A stretch of 42,551 nt of DNA from a virus (taxonomy: Duplodnaviria; Caudoviricetes). Below, one piece after another: positions 1 to 8,862 of this stretch (position 1 is its first letter; every line of letters begins with the position of its first letter). The stretch is taken from IMG/VR virus record IMGVR_UViG_3300029997_000111, positions 1-42,551 of that record. One strand, written 5' to 3'. Both the position numbers and the translations under genes were made by a program. A model generated the notes under the pieces. It saw nothing but the letters and a program-made list of their open reading frames with translations. It ran no database searches and was not told the origin of the DNA.

Positions 1-3000
1 AAGTAACGACGCAGCCGGGAGACTCGACGACCTTCGAGCAAATATCGACCGGCAATGTCGGAACCGTGCTATCGAACGTAATTGATATGCAGTCGTATGG
101 TCAGGGCTACAACCTTGGCAATAACGGCACATCGGCGCAGGGCTGGTCCACGCAAAACGCGCTTACACTGAACTCCTACACGGCGACGCGCGGCATCATG
201 CAGGGCTTGAAATTGAATTGCGACAAGAACGCCGAGGGCGACTTCTCCTGCATCTACGGCTACCCTGAGTGCTACGGGGGATATGTTGATACCTCAGGCG
301 AGGGATGCCAAGGCATGACGTTGCAAATGACGCAGACGCCTTGGTACAACGGCACGCTCGTTACGCCTTCAGTTGGCACAGTAAGTGGCCCACACAGCTC
401 ATCGACTTCGGGCATCACTTACGTCTGGATCGGTGGTAACGGTGGCCCGGTAACTTTCCAGACCTCAGGCACGATGCAGACCTTTTCGGTGGTGTTCACG
501 GGCAACACAACCGCGCAAACGGTGGACATCGGACTTGCGACTCCCAATGGAACCAACTCGTTTATCCTCGGCACGCCTATTGGAGTCTCGCTTTCCGCGC
601 TGACTTGCTCCACAGGATCGCCCTGCACTGTGACGTGGACGCCCTCTGATTTCGGAACTGTGACGCCAGCGGCAGGACAGACGATTTATTTTTACGCCGC
701 CACCGGCAACTCTCCGGCAAACGGATCGATTGCGGGGACAGGATTTTCGGGGGCTCCCTCCGCTGGTACATTCTCCACGTCCTCGCAGGCTGGTTTGCTG
801 ATGACCGCCAGCCTTGCCGCTCCAACCAACGGCGCAAATTCGGTTACGCTGGCCGCGCTGAATTGCAACATCAACTGCACGAATCCTCATCCGCACGATA
901 ACTTGCCGGATGGCGGAATCCTCATTAATACTTCTGAGACAACTTCGTCTGTGACGCTCGGAGCCGAGAGCATTATCCAGAACGGCATGTCCTACGTGCT
1001 CACAGCAGGGACGGTGCCCGTTTCGACCGCATGGGGCACGCTTATCCCCGGATCATGCACAGGCAACGGCAACGGACAGTATCAGGCATACACAGCGACA
1101 ACCTGCACGGTGACGCTCGGAACCTCTCCTGCTTCGCCGGGACACTTTGCCGTATCTGGAGGAATCACCAGTTGCCCAGTAGTCGCCACCTCGCCTGGAA
1201 CGTCACTGGATATCCATCTCTCCGGACCATTCGCTGAAGAAGCTTATATCATTGCGGTGACGACTGGATCAACAACTGACTCGATCACCTTCTGTACGCG
1301 CAACGCGTGGAATAATGGCAACGCGGCCCGCGTAATGCAGGGTGGCCCTGTCAGCGAGGCGTTCGTTTCAAATGCCGCCATAGGAGTCGGATGGCCGGTG
1401 GCTTACATCATTGACGGGGCGTTCTCTTCAACTCAGCTTGCGTTTAGCAACTGCGTCGGTGGAGGAGTAGGAGCCTGCAACGGCAACGGCAGCACAGGAA
1501 ACATTCTCGCCAGCGGCACCGCTGTAACGATCTACTCGGCTGCGCTCATTACAGGTTCTGGCAATGGCGCGACGAATACGGCCACCCTCGCAACCAACAT
1601 CATGCCCCTGACTCTGGCTGACAATCTAGTTGGTGCCCCTGCAGCCGAAATTTCAATGGAGGGCATACGTTTAGTCTGCGGCCAGTGGACGCCGAACGAT
1701 TACTCTGTGCCAAGTAGTTGTTTGCAGATGAATGATGTGGGCGGAACTCCGCTGCCGTACATGATGAGGTTTGGAAACGGCGCGTCAAGCGGCAACCCAT
1801 CCTTGGCCCTCCTCCATACGGATGCCGGATATTGGGAAGATACCATGTACCTAACGGATGGTCCTACTCGGTCGCTGATGTATCTCTTGCATTCGCAGAC
1901 GACTACGAGCATCTTTCAGACGAATGATAGCTTTGGTAATCTAAGTTTCACTCATACCGGATCGCCATTCTACGACGAAACTCTCAATTGGTCGGAAACC
2001 TTCAATGCCTTGGCGTACGAGGTTGGAGGTAGTCTCGGAATTGCTGGGCAGGTATTGACAAGCGCAGGACCTACGGGCCTAACGATGTGGGCCGCGATAC
2101 CGTGGGCAACGCCTGGCACGATCGGTAGCACGACACCCAACTCTGGAGCCTTTACCACGCTGTCCTCATCGAGCACGACGACTCTGGCCGCCGCAACGAC
2201 AATCGGAGGCAATGCAGTCTGCTTGGTCACAGGGACTAACTGCCCCGCGGACGGCATCTCGGGCGGAACAACGGGATACGTGGCAATCTTTGGTACCTCG
2301 TCAACGATCACTAGTGGTATCGCCTTAGGCACCACGGGTAGTGACATTCCGCAATTGTCCTCGGGCCTGCTCGCATCATCCATCGTTCCATGGGGTTCTC
2401 CAGGTACGATCGGATCAATAACTCCGAATAGCGGAGCGTTCACCACCTTGACGGCAACGAGCCTTGCGCTTGGATCATCGCCTCCGACCTGTGGCGCTGG
2501 AGTATCTGGTTGCGGCGCTTTCGCGGAAGCAGGAACCGCCGTAACCCCTGCTGCCGGCGTGGACACGATACGCGCAGATTCCTCCCATCTATTCATGGTC
2601 GACCTCAACGGCGGCTCAGAATTCACGTCACTAATGAACTTCTCAACGGTGAACTTGGCGAGCAGCGCGGCCGGTGGGGTGACTGGACTTCTGCCGAACG
2701 CGAACATCGCTAATCCCTACACCGCGATCTCCAACCCGATTACCTCAGCCACGGGTGGAAGTGGAACAGGAACGATCACTTGTCTAACGGCGGCCTGCAC
2801 GAATCTCCGCGGCACTTACTCGGTAGCTGGGGGAACATTCACCACGGGCACGTTCTTAACGTTGGTGTGGCCAACCACCACGGCCGCCTATGCATGCACT
2901 ATTACTCAAAATGGCGGGGCTGGGTTAGGTGTTGGAAACTCAGTCGCAACTGCAACGGGCGTTAGCTTCTCCAACACGGCCACGCTTCTTGGCACCACTG

Positions 3001-3029
3001 TAACCGTGAACTATAACTGCCAGCCATAG
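1..3029 (+). CDS. Large tail fibre/spike-like protein, Ser/Thr/Gly-rich with many paired Cys (5'-truncated)
   Basis: Frame is open from nt 3 (VTTQPGDSTTFEQ...), so the true start lies upstream of the window. Contains fibre-type repeats (PGTIGSxTPNSGAFTTL x2), a beta-rich C-terminal domain ending VNYNCQP, and sits upstream of the lysis genes. Confidence 0.6.
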   Translation, partial: VTTQPGDSTTFEQISTGNVGTVLSNVIDMQSYGQGYNLGNNGTSAQGWSTQNALTLNSYTATRGIMQGLKLNCDKNAEGDFSCIYGYPECYGGYVDTSGEGCQGMTLQMTQTPWYNGTLVTPSVGTVSGPHSSSTSGITYVWIGGNGGPVTFQTSGTMQTFSVVFTGNTTAQTVDIGLATPNGTNSFILGTPIGVSLSALTCSTGSPCTVTWTPSDFGTVTPAAGQTIYFYAATGNSPANGSIAGTGFSGAPSAGTFSTSSQAGLLMTASLAAPTNGANSVTLAALNCNINCTNPHPHDNLPDGGILINTSETTSSVTLGAESIIQNGMSYVLTAGTVPVSTAWGTLIPGSCTGNGNGQYQAYTATTCTVTLGTSPASPGHFAVSGGITSCPVVATSPGTSLDIHLSGPFAEEAYIIAVTTGSTTDSITFCTRNAWNNGNAARVMQGGPVSEAFVSNAAIGVGWPVAYIIDGAFSSTQLAFSNCVGGGVGACNGNGSTGNILASGTAVTIYSAALITGSGNGATNTATLATNIMPLTLADNLVGAPAAEISMEGIRLVCGQWTPNDYSVPSSCLQMNDVGGTPLPYMMRFGNGASSGNPSLALLHTDAGYWEDTMYLTDGPTRSLMYLLHSQTTTSIFQTNDSFGNLSFTHTGSPFYDETLNWSETFNALAYEVGGSLGIAGQVLTSAGPTGLTMWAAIPWATPGTIGSTTPNSGAFTTLSSSSTTTLAAATTIGGNAVCLVTGTNCPADGISGGTTGYVAIFGTSSTITSGIALGTTGSDIPQLSSGLLASSIVPWGSPGTIGSITPNSGAFTTLTATSLALGSSPPTCGAGVSGCGAFAEAGTAVTPAAGVDTIRADSSHLFMVDLNGGSEFTSLMNFSTVNLASSAAGGVTGLLPNANIANPYTAISNPITSATGGSGTGTITCLTAACTNLRGTYSVAGGTFTTGTFLTLVWPTTTAAYACTITQNGGAGLGVGNSVATATGVSFSNTATLLGTTVTVNYNCQP
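2100..2450 (+). repeat. Two copies of a 21-aa fibre shaft motif (2100-2162 and 2388-2450)
   Basis: PWATPGTIGSTTPNSGAFTTL and PWGSPGTIGSITPNSGAFTTL in the same frame. Confidence 0.8.
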
Positions 3030-3038
3030 GTGAAAACG

Positions 3039-5576
3039 ATGAAGAAGATTCTTTGCGGATTAGTGATGTTAGGTGCTGCGGCGATCGGGAGTGCGCAGTC
3101 GACCCCACCGCTGCGGACAATCATGCTGTCTTCGGATGGTGGTAACACCTTCCAGCCCGATACGTCTTCCTCGAGTGTCTTCCTCGGCGACCCCACCGCA
3201 ACCCCCCCAGGCTTCGTTCCGATGTGCACAAGCACCGGTGGACCGCCCTTCTCGCAATGCTCTTTCGGTGGAGGCGGAGGATCTGGAACGGTCACATCTG
3301 TCTCTGGCCTAACGCCAATCTTCAGCGTCACCAATCCTACGACCACGCCGATCTTCGCCCTTAGCAACGCAGCAGGCAACACTCTATTCGGCAATTGCAC
3401 AGGCACGTCAGCCGCGCCGAGCTACTGCTCGCTTACGGTGGCCATGCTGCCGACTGGGATACCGAATGCGAATCTAGCTACCCCATTTGGCGCGCTCTCT
3501 GGCGATGCAACCAGCACCAGCACAGGCGGGGCTACGACAGTACAGGGAATCAACGGCACGCGGCTGTCTGGGTTGGGCACAGGTCTTTTAGTCAACACAA
3601 CTGGCACGGGCGTTCCTACCACCTTGGCCTCAGTCAACGGCGAGTGCGCGCTGGGTTTTGCGGGGAGTTGGGTAGCTGGGGTATGCCCGAATAACATCGT
3701 CTTTCCTGTTGGACTTTTATTCGGGGCTGGGGCTACGTCGGCTCCTACGGTGGCAACGGCAGCGCAGATCCAAACGGCTGGACTGGACACGCGTCCAAGT
3801 ATCATCACGACAACCGGCAAGACGGGCGTTCTTTTGGCTGGAAGCACGACGCAGGTATTCAATGTAGCCAGCGGAAACGCAGGCACGATCACCTTCCTCC
3901 ATTTGACGATGGGTAATGTGGTCGGGGGAGACCTCCCTAATATTATCCAGAATAGTCAAATTGAAATCTCCTGCGACGGGCGCATGGTCGCGGTTCCGCT
4001 TGGCCTGTTCTTGATGTCTCAGGATTATCCCCAAGCTTTTAGCACGGGTCAGATCAGCGTGCCATTGTCCAATAGCTCGTTCTATGATTCATTCTCGTTC
4101 AATCGCCGCGTAAACATTAACTACTACAACGGCTGTACGATTGCACTAGCGAACGCGAGTCCTTTGGGCGACATTTCAATTTACTTTGATACGAGCTACC
4201 GTCCGGGTACTCCAGTCGGACCACCCTCCACAGGATATTGGAATGCTTATCCGACCTACTTCCCATCGCTTGCCGCGAACACTGGGGCTTATAACGCACA
4301 GCAAGTGGCACTACTCCCCGCAATCACCTCATCTGGCGGGGGGCAACTTGAATCCATCGCGCAATGGGTAAATTCAAGCGTGAATTTCACTACGATAGAG
4401 GCCACCCCCACCGTGACAGCGGACTCGATTCTGGCGGCTACAGCGAATGGCGGCGAGGACTTCTTTGGGTGCGGATTCTATTGTGGAGATGGAACAAACG
4501 CTTTCCATACCGACAAGTGGGGCATTCTTTGGGCGGTTCAAGGACTTACGAGTACAACTGCGGGGTTAGCCAATCCCTTGGGCACTTATGACTCGCTGGG
4601 CTATAGGTTCTTTACATCCACTCCCCAAGACAATCTGATCTTCAACAGCACACTTCAGGTGAACACGGCTAACGGAGATTCTGCGGTGAGTCCAGGTACG
4701 GTCAATCTTGCGGGGCTCGTGACATATTTTACAGCAACTCCAACGGCCAGCGTTGCATTCAGTCCAATACCGGCGACCTATACCGCCTCGCAAACAGTGA
4801 CATTGACAGCCTACCCATCCTCCGGGGCTACCGTTTGCTACACAACAAACGGCGCTACTCCCGTGGTGAGTGGAGTCGGAACCTGTTCTACGGGAACCGT
4901 CTACACAACTCCAATCACGGTTAGTAGTACTGAAACTCTTTTGGCGGCGGCGCAGGCGGCTGGATATAACAACAGTTTGGCGTTAGGTGGAATCTACACG
5001 ATTGAATCGCTCTATCTGAATACGCGATTCACCGAAGCTTCTTCTGGCACCAATCTCGCCGGAACCATCCCGACCGTTTGCACCGCTGGTTCTGGATGCA
5101 CATGGACGAACGCGGGTGGGACCGACTTCACCTATCAGACTGGAGGAGGGGTATCGGTTAGCGGACCGACGACAAATCCAGACCTAATCAATACTGGCCA
5201 AACCAATGAGGTCATTCGCTTCACCCTAAATGCATGTGCTGGGACGGGATCGGTCTATTGCGGGTTTTATCTTCGGTACACGAACGTCAACAACTACATT
5301 GCCATCAATTCGTATTCGGGTGCGAACGGGATAAACATCTACGACGGGGTTTCTGGGACTTTCACGCTGAAAGGAACTATCCCAGTAAGCGCCGCGAGCC
5401 CCAACACGGGTAGCTATACGGTGACGCTGAATGGAACGAGTGCGAAGGTTACGGGTCCGAGCGGTGCGTCCGTTTCCTTCACCACGGCAAACACGACCGG
5501 GACAACCTTTGGGTTTCTCGCGGCCACTGGCGCAACATCAATGAAGATAACGGCTCTATCGGCGGCAAGCCAATGA
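3039..5576 (+). CDS. Signal-peptide-bearing fibre/spike protein with a DUF2961/GH172-like glycosidase domain and a chitobiase-C (Fn3-associated) domain
   Basis: AGGTG SD before ATG 3039. Signal peptide MKKILCGLVMLGAAAIGSA|Q. Motifs GNAGTITFLHLT, IEISCDG..VPLGLF, GGEDFFG and YRFF..DNLIF follow the DUF2961 motif order. FSP..TYT.SQTVTL...CYTTNG.TP...YTTPITVSSTETL is chitobiase-C-like. Confidence 0.65.
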   Translation: MKKILCGLVMLGAAAIGSAQSTPPLRTIMLSSDGGNTFQPDTSSSSVFLGDPTATPPGFVPMCTSTGGPPFSQCSFGGGGGSGTVTSVSGLTPIFSVTNPTTTPIFALSNAAGNTLFGNCTGTSAAPSYCSLTVAMLPTGIPNANLATPFGALSGDATSTSTGGATTVQGINGTRLSGLGTGLLVNTTGTGVPTTLASVNGECALGFAGSWVAGVCPNNIVFPVGLLFGAGATSAPTVATAAQIQTAGLDTRPSIITTTGKTGVLLAGSTTQVFNVASGNAGTITFLHLTMGNVVGGDLPNIIQNSQIEISCDGRMVAVPLGLFLMSQDYPQAFSTGQISVPLSNSSFYDSFSFNRRVNINYYNGCTIALANASPLGDISIYFDTSYRPGTPVGPPSTGYWNAYPTYFPSLAANTGAYNAQQVALLPAITSSGGGQLESIAQWVNSSVNFTTIEATPTVTADSILAATANGGEDFFGCGFYCGDGTNAFHTDKWGILWAVQGLTSTTAGLANPLGTYDSLGYRFFTSTPQDNLIFNSTLQVNTANGDSAVSPGTVNLAGLVTYFTATPTASVAFSPIPATYTASQTVTLTAYPSSGATVCYTTNGATPVVSGVGTCSTGTVYTTPITVSSTETLLAAAQAAGYNNSLALGGIYTIESLYLNTRFTEASSGTNLAGTIPTVCTAGSGCTWTNAGGTDFTYQTGGGVSVSGPTTNPDLINTGQTNEVIRFTLNACAGTGSVYCGFYLRYTNVNNYIAINSYSGANGINIYDGVSGTFTLKGTIPVSAASPNTGSYTVTLNGTSAKVTGPSGASVSFTTANTTGTTFGFLAATGATSMKITALSAASQ

Positions 5577-5656
5577 TTGATCTTTGGATTATTTTTCCCA
5601 TCGCTATGTTCTGCTGTGTGGTCGGCTGGTTCGTGCGCAAAGAGGATCGTAAATGA
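5573..5656 (+). CDS. 27-aa single-transmembrane micro-protein (MIDLWIIFPIAMFCCVVGWFVRKEDRK)
   Basis: ATGA overlaps with both neighbouring genes. Hydrophobic core followed by a charged tail. Too short for the ORF track. Confidence 0.7.
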   Translation: MIDLWIIFPIAMFCCVVGWFVRKEDRK

Positions 5657-7542
5657 AAACCCTCCTCTTACTCGCGCTCCTACTCTGCTCCCCTCTAGCC
5701 TTCGCCTCGCCCGTCTGCATGTACCAGGATGTGCAATCGGGTCCCGCAAGCGGCGGTGAGGGCGGTGGTGGAACTTACGTGGACGTATTCGGCGTAGGCT
5801 TCGGCTCAACCCTTGGGAGCATAACGGGTACGGTCAACGGTACGGCGATCACCAACTTCATCTATCTTGGCGCTGATCCAACGGGCAATCGTCAGAAGAT
5901 AGGGTTTCAGGTACCCAGCGGGGCGACCGGCTCGGGAAGCATCATCCTCAATTTCCCTGGCGGATCATGCTCAAACATGGTCTTTGCCGTCACGACGGGC
6001 CACAGCATTTATTACATCGGCTCGGGCATCGACAACGTTACAACTGGATCATTCACCTGCGCGAACCTGAAGAACGGAACCGCTGGTGACGGCAGCGGCG
6101 GAAGCGGCACCTACGCAAGCCCTTGGACGCTCGGGAACGTAGCAGCCGTAACCCTCAACGGTGGGTCTGGGAACTATGGGCCTGCGGCCAACGCTCGCAC
6201 CCCGCAAATGTATTATTCCTGCATCTCGCAAGGCGATACCCTCATATTCCTCAACGGCGCGAGCTACCCCTACGGCGGCCCGAGCGACTATGCGGGATTG
6301 GCATTCAACAACGGATTCACCACAGCGAACGTGTATACGTCTGTGGGCGCGCGACCGGGAGCTATTGTAAGCATCGGAGGGGACGGATATTCGTCCTTCG
6401 GCATACGCGATTACTCCGACCAATACATGCAGGTTTTCGGACTCACGCTCGATGGAACATCGACGTCTGCGAACGCCGGAGGGGGTCTGACGTTTGGGGA
6501 GACCGCTTCTGGACCTCAAATGCGCGCAGTCGGCAACACAGTGCATTGCAACGGGTGCTATGGATCAAGCGGTGCCTTGGCTGGCGGATTCGAAGGCGAC
6601 ATCAACACCGCCCTTGAGATCCTGGGGAACTATATCCCGAACGCGAGTTGCACCGCGCCGGGAGGGCTGTCAAACAAGCAATATCACGCCCTCTATACCT
6701 ATGGAAATGGACAAGAGATTGGCTGGAACAAGATTGCGAATGTCTGCACCTATAACGGGATACAGGTGAATCTCGCATCAGACTCTAGCCTCGGATTTGG
6801 TGGCCTCAGCATCCACGACAACGATATTGAAGGGGCGAACGGAGCCGGGATCAACCTTGCCACGCTCGACCCAACGCAGGGCGCGATCAACGTTTACAAC
6901 AACATCATTCACCACGTCGGGATTCAGGCCGCTTCGGACTCGGACGGAAACCACGCCTGCATCGCCTCACCGGGCGAGGCTCCATCGGCAGGCTCCGGCA
7001 CAGTGAACATCTACAACAACACGATGTGGGACTGCTCTTCTGACTTGAACGCGAACAATGTCAACAACGCGAGCGCGATCCTTTATTTCTACGAGACTGG
7101 GCAGACTGGGCTCACGCTAAACCTGGTCAACAACATCATCGCGGCACCAGCGTACACCAATACCGGAACGCAGAATGTTTACCTCTCGAATACGGGAGTC
7201 TCAGGCCCCGCACTAGCGGGCAACAACAACCTCTTCTATAGCGCCTCGACGCCGGGAAGCACATCGCCAGCCTCTAGTCTAACTTCGCAGGCAATTCCAA
7301 CCAATCCAGACTTCTCGAACACCACAACACAGGGTCCTTGGACGAATCTTGAGTTGCAAAGCGGATCACCCGCAATCGGTGCAGGGACTTCCAGCCTCGC
7401 CTCTACGCTGGACTTTGTAGGCGTCACGCGGCCTAACCCGCCAGCAATCGGTGCGCTTGAACCAGGTGTGGCACCGCCAACATTTCTCGGAGTTCAATTT
7501 TCATCTGGAGTAGCCTTGTCATCAGGCACGTCCGTACACTAA
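5653..7542 (+). CDS. Exported right-handed beta-helix (pectin-lyase-like) protein with N-terminal IPT/TIG-like and C-terminal choice-of-anchor-Q-like regions; putative depolymerase/adhesin
   Basis: Signal peptide MKTLLLLALLLCSPLAFA|S. Repeated Asn-ladder motifs (VGNTVH, ILGNYI, IHDNDI, VYNNII, IYNNTM, VNNII). C-terminal LQSGSPAIGAG...DFVGVTRP..PAIGALE. Confidence 0.75.
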   Translation: MKTLLLLALLLCSPLAFASPVCMYQDVQSGPASGGEGGGGTYVDVFGVGFGSTLGSITGTVNGTAITNFIYLGADPTGNRQKIGFQVPSGATGSGSIILNFPGGSCSNMVFAVTTGHSIYYIGSGIDNVTTGSFTCANLKNGTAGDGSGGSGTYASPWTLGNVAAVTLNGGSGNYGPAANARTPQMYYSCISQGDTLIFLNGASYPYGGPSDYAGLAFNNGFTTANVYTSVGARPGAIVSIGGDGYSSFGIRDYSDQYMQVFGLTLDGTSTSANAGGGLTFGETASGPQMRAVGNTVHCNGCYGSSGALAGGFEGDINTALEILGNYIPNASCTAPGGLSNKQYHALYTYGNGQEIGWNKIANVCTYNGIQVNLASDSSLGFGGLSIHDNDIEGANGAGINLATLDPTQGAINVYNNIIHHVGIQAASDSDGNHACIASPGEAPSAGSGTVNIYNNTMWDCSSDLNANNVNNASAILYFYETGQTGLTLNLVNNIIAAPAYTNTGTQNVYLSNTGVSGPALAGNNNLFYSASTPGSTSPASSLTSQAIPTNPDFSNTTTQGPWTNLELQSGSPAIGAGTSSLASTLDFVGVTRPNPPAIGALEPGVAPPTFLGVQFSSGVALSSGTSVH

Positions 7543-7550
7543 GGAGAACC

Positions 7551-7934
7551 ATGAAAACGAAGTTATCGCTACTCGCCGCTTTACTTGTCCTCTGCCTGCC
7601 AGCCTCGGCCCAAACCAAACATGCCATGCTGGGTGTCGCCTTCGGGCAAACGAGCGGAGCGCCTTCCGCCACCCTCACATGGACAGCCTCGGCTACCCCT
7701 GGTTCAACTGTGACGGTCTACCGCTGCGTTGGAACGTCCTGTACAGCGTTTACCCAGATTGCGACAGGCATAGCGGCTGGCGGCCCGTATGTAGACACCA
7801 CGGTCACAGCAGGGGCATATTCCTATTACGTGACGGCAACCGTGAACGGTGTGGCGTCTGGCCCCTCGAACACGGCGACTGGCACGCTCTCTCCTCTGCC
7901 TCCCACCGGCTTGTCCGTCGCCACCGCCAATTAG
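7551..7934 (+). CDS. Exported fibronectin type III domain protein
   Basis: AGGAG SD. Signal peptide ending PASA|Q. FN3 pattern ATLTWTAS...VYR...YVDTTV..G.YSYYVTA.V.G..SGPSN. Confidence 0.8.
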   Translation: MKTKLSLLAALLVLCLPASAQTKHAMLGVAFGQTSGAPSATLTWTASATPGSTVTVYRCVGTSCTAFTQIATGIAAGGPYVDTTVTAGAYSYYVTATVNGVASGPSNTATGTLSPLPPTGLSVATAN

Positions 7935-7989
7935 CTGGTGGGAGAAGCTCTTGGATTGGCTGTTTGGATGGTTGAAGGACTTGTTCTGA
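7849..7989 (+). CDS. Hidden +1-frame ORF or frameshift extension ending in an amphipathic helix (..PPPISWWEKLLDWLFGWLKDLF)
   Basis: Open from GTG 7849 to TGA 7989 across the FN3 stop codon. The Trp/Leu amphipathic pattern looks non-random; there is no clear SD. Confidence 0.45.
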   Translation: MWRLAPRTRRLARSLLCLPPACPSPPPISWWEKLLDWLFGWLKDLF

Positions 7990-8026
7990 GGCCTCCTCGG
8001 GGGTGTAGTGGAGAATCTAACCAGAG

Positions 8027-8371
8027 GTGGGGGCAGTGGAATCTAGTTTGCGAGAAGAGGTACAAGCGATGATTGGCGCAAAGATGCTAGAACTGCATGG
8101 ACAGAACCTCGAGCGGTTCGGCAGGATCGAAGAGCGCATAATTGGCATCGATGGCAACGGCACTGGGCGCGAGGGTGCACTCCAGCGCCAGGACAAGGTG
8201 CTCAAAGCCATCGATGCCAAAGTTGACCAGCTCGGGGATAACGTCGCAACCCTCGTAACGGCCACCACCACTGTCCGTAGGGATAAGGTCTGGGGCGTGG
8301 TGAAGTGGCTGCTCGGCGGTATCGGTGGTTTGGGCATGCTAATTCTCGGTCACTATCTGGGAGCAAAGTGA
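8027..8371 (+). CDS. Holin-like/XhlA-like membrane protein
   Basis: Coiled-coil region plus a C-terminal TM helix (VWGVVKWLLGGIGGLGMLILG). GTGA overlap with the putative endolysin. Confidence 0.5.
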   Translation: MGAVESSLREEVQAMIGAKMLELHGQNLERFGRIEERIIGIDGNGTGREGALQRQDKVLKAIDAKVDQLGDNVATLVTATTTVRRDKVWGVVKWLLGGIGGLGMLILGHYLGAK

Positions 8372-8862
8372 GCTTTACCAAAGCCCAAATCGCTGCGGTA
8401 TGCATGGAGTTTGGTCCTAAGGTTGAGCCGCTTCCGGATGGCGTCGACGGCGCACAACTGCTTTGGGCGCTATCCGGCAATGAATCCAGTTTTGGCCTAA
8501 ATGTGACTCCTCGGCATGAGCCAGCCTATGACTTTGGTGGATCTTACGCGGGGTCTGGAAATATGCCCACACTCTTGGAGGAATACGGTCATGCCGCAGC
8601 GTGCAGCTATGGGCCATGGCAGGTAATGCTGACTAATGCTGCGACGTTCGCGCCTGACGACTTCACCGACCTAGAAACGGCGTGCCAGGCCAGCGTTAGT
8701 GCCCTCAACAGCCTTCTGCGGCGGTTCAAGCCTGGTTCACTCGTGCAGATCGGGCAGTGCTGGAATCATGGAGAACCAACGTCGACGCCTAACGCAGGGG
8801 TTCTGGCGTATACCGTCGAATTGCAGCAGAACTACAATATTCAAATGCCGGAGGAATCATGA
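8368..8862 (+). CDS. Putative endolysin, lysozyme/lytic transglycosylase-like fold
   Basis: Catalytic-type ESS motif (NESSFG), then SYGPWQVM (GxxQ motif) and a WN.G motif. Lies between holin-like genes. Confidence 0.65.
   Translation: MSFTKAQIAAVCMEFGPKVEPLPDGVDGAQLLWALSGNESSFGLNVTPRHEPAYDFGGSYAGSGNMPTLLEEYGHAAACSYGPWQVMLTNAATFAPDDFTDLETACQASVSALNSLLRRFKPGSLVQIGQCWNHGEPTSTPNAGVLAYTVELQQNYNIQMPEES

Noticed and set aside
5577-5759. 60-aa TTG-start ORF from the track
   Set aside because: Overlaps the next gene extensively. The 27-aa ORF at 5573-5656 with double ATGA coupling explains the gap better.
419-7427. Long antisense ORFs opposite the fibre genes
   Set aside because: Expected shadows of GC-rich, Thr/Gly/Ala-biased coding; no SDs or motifs.
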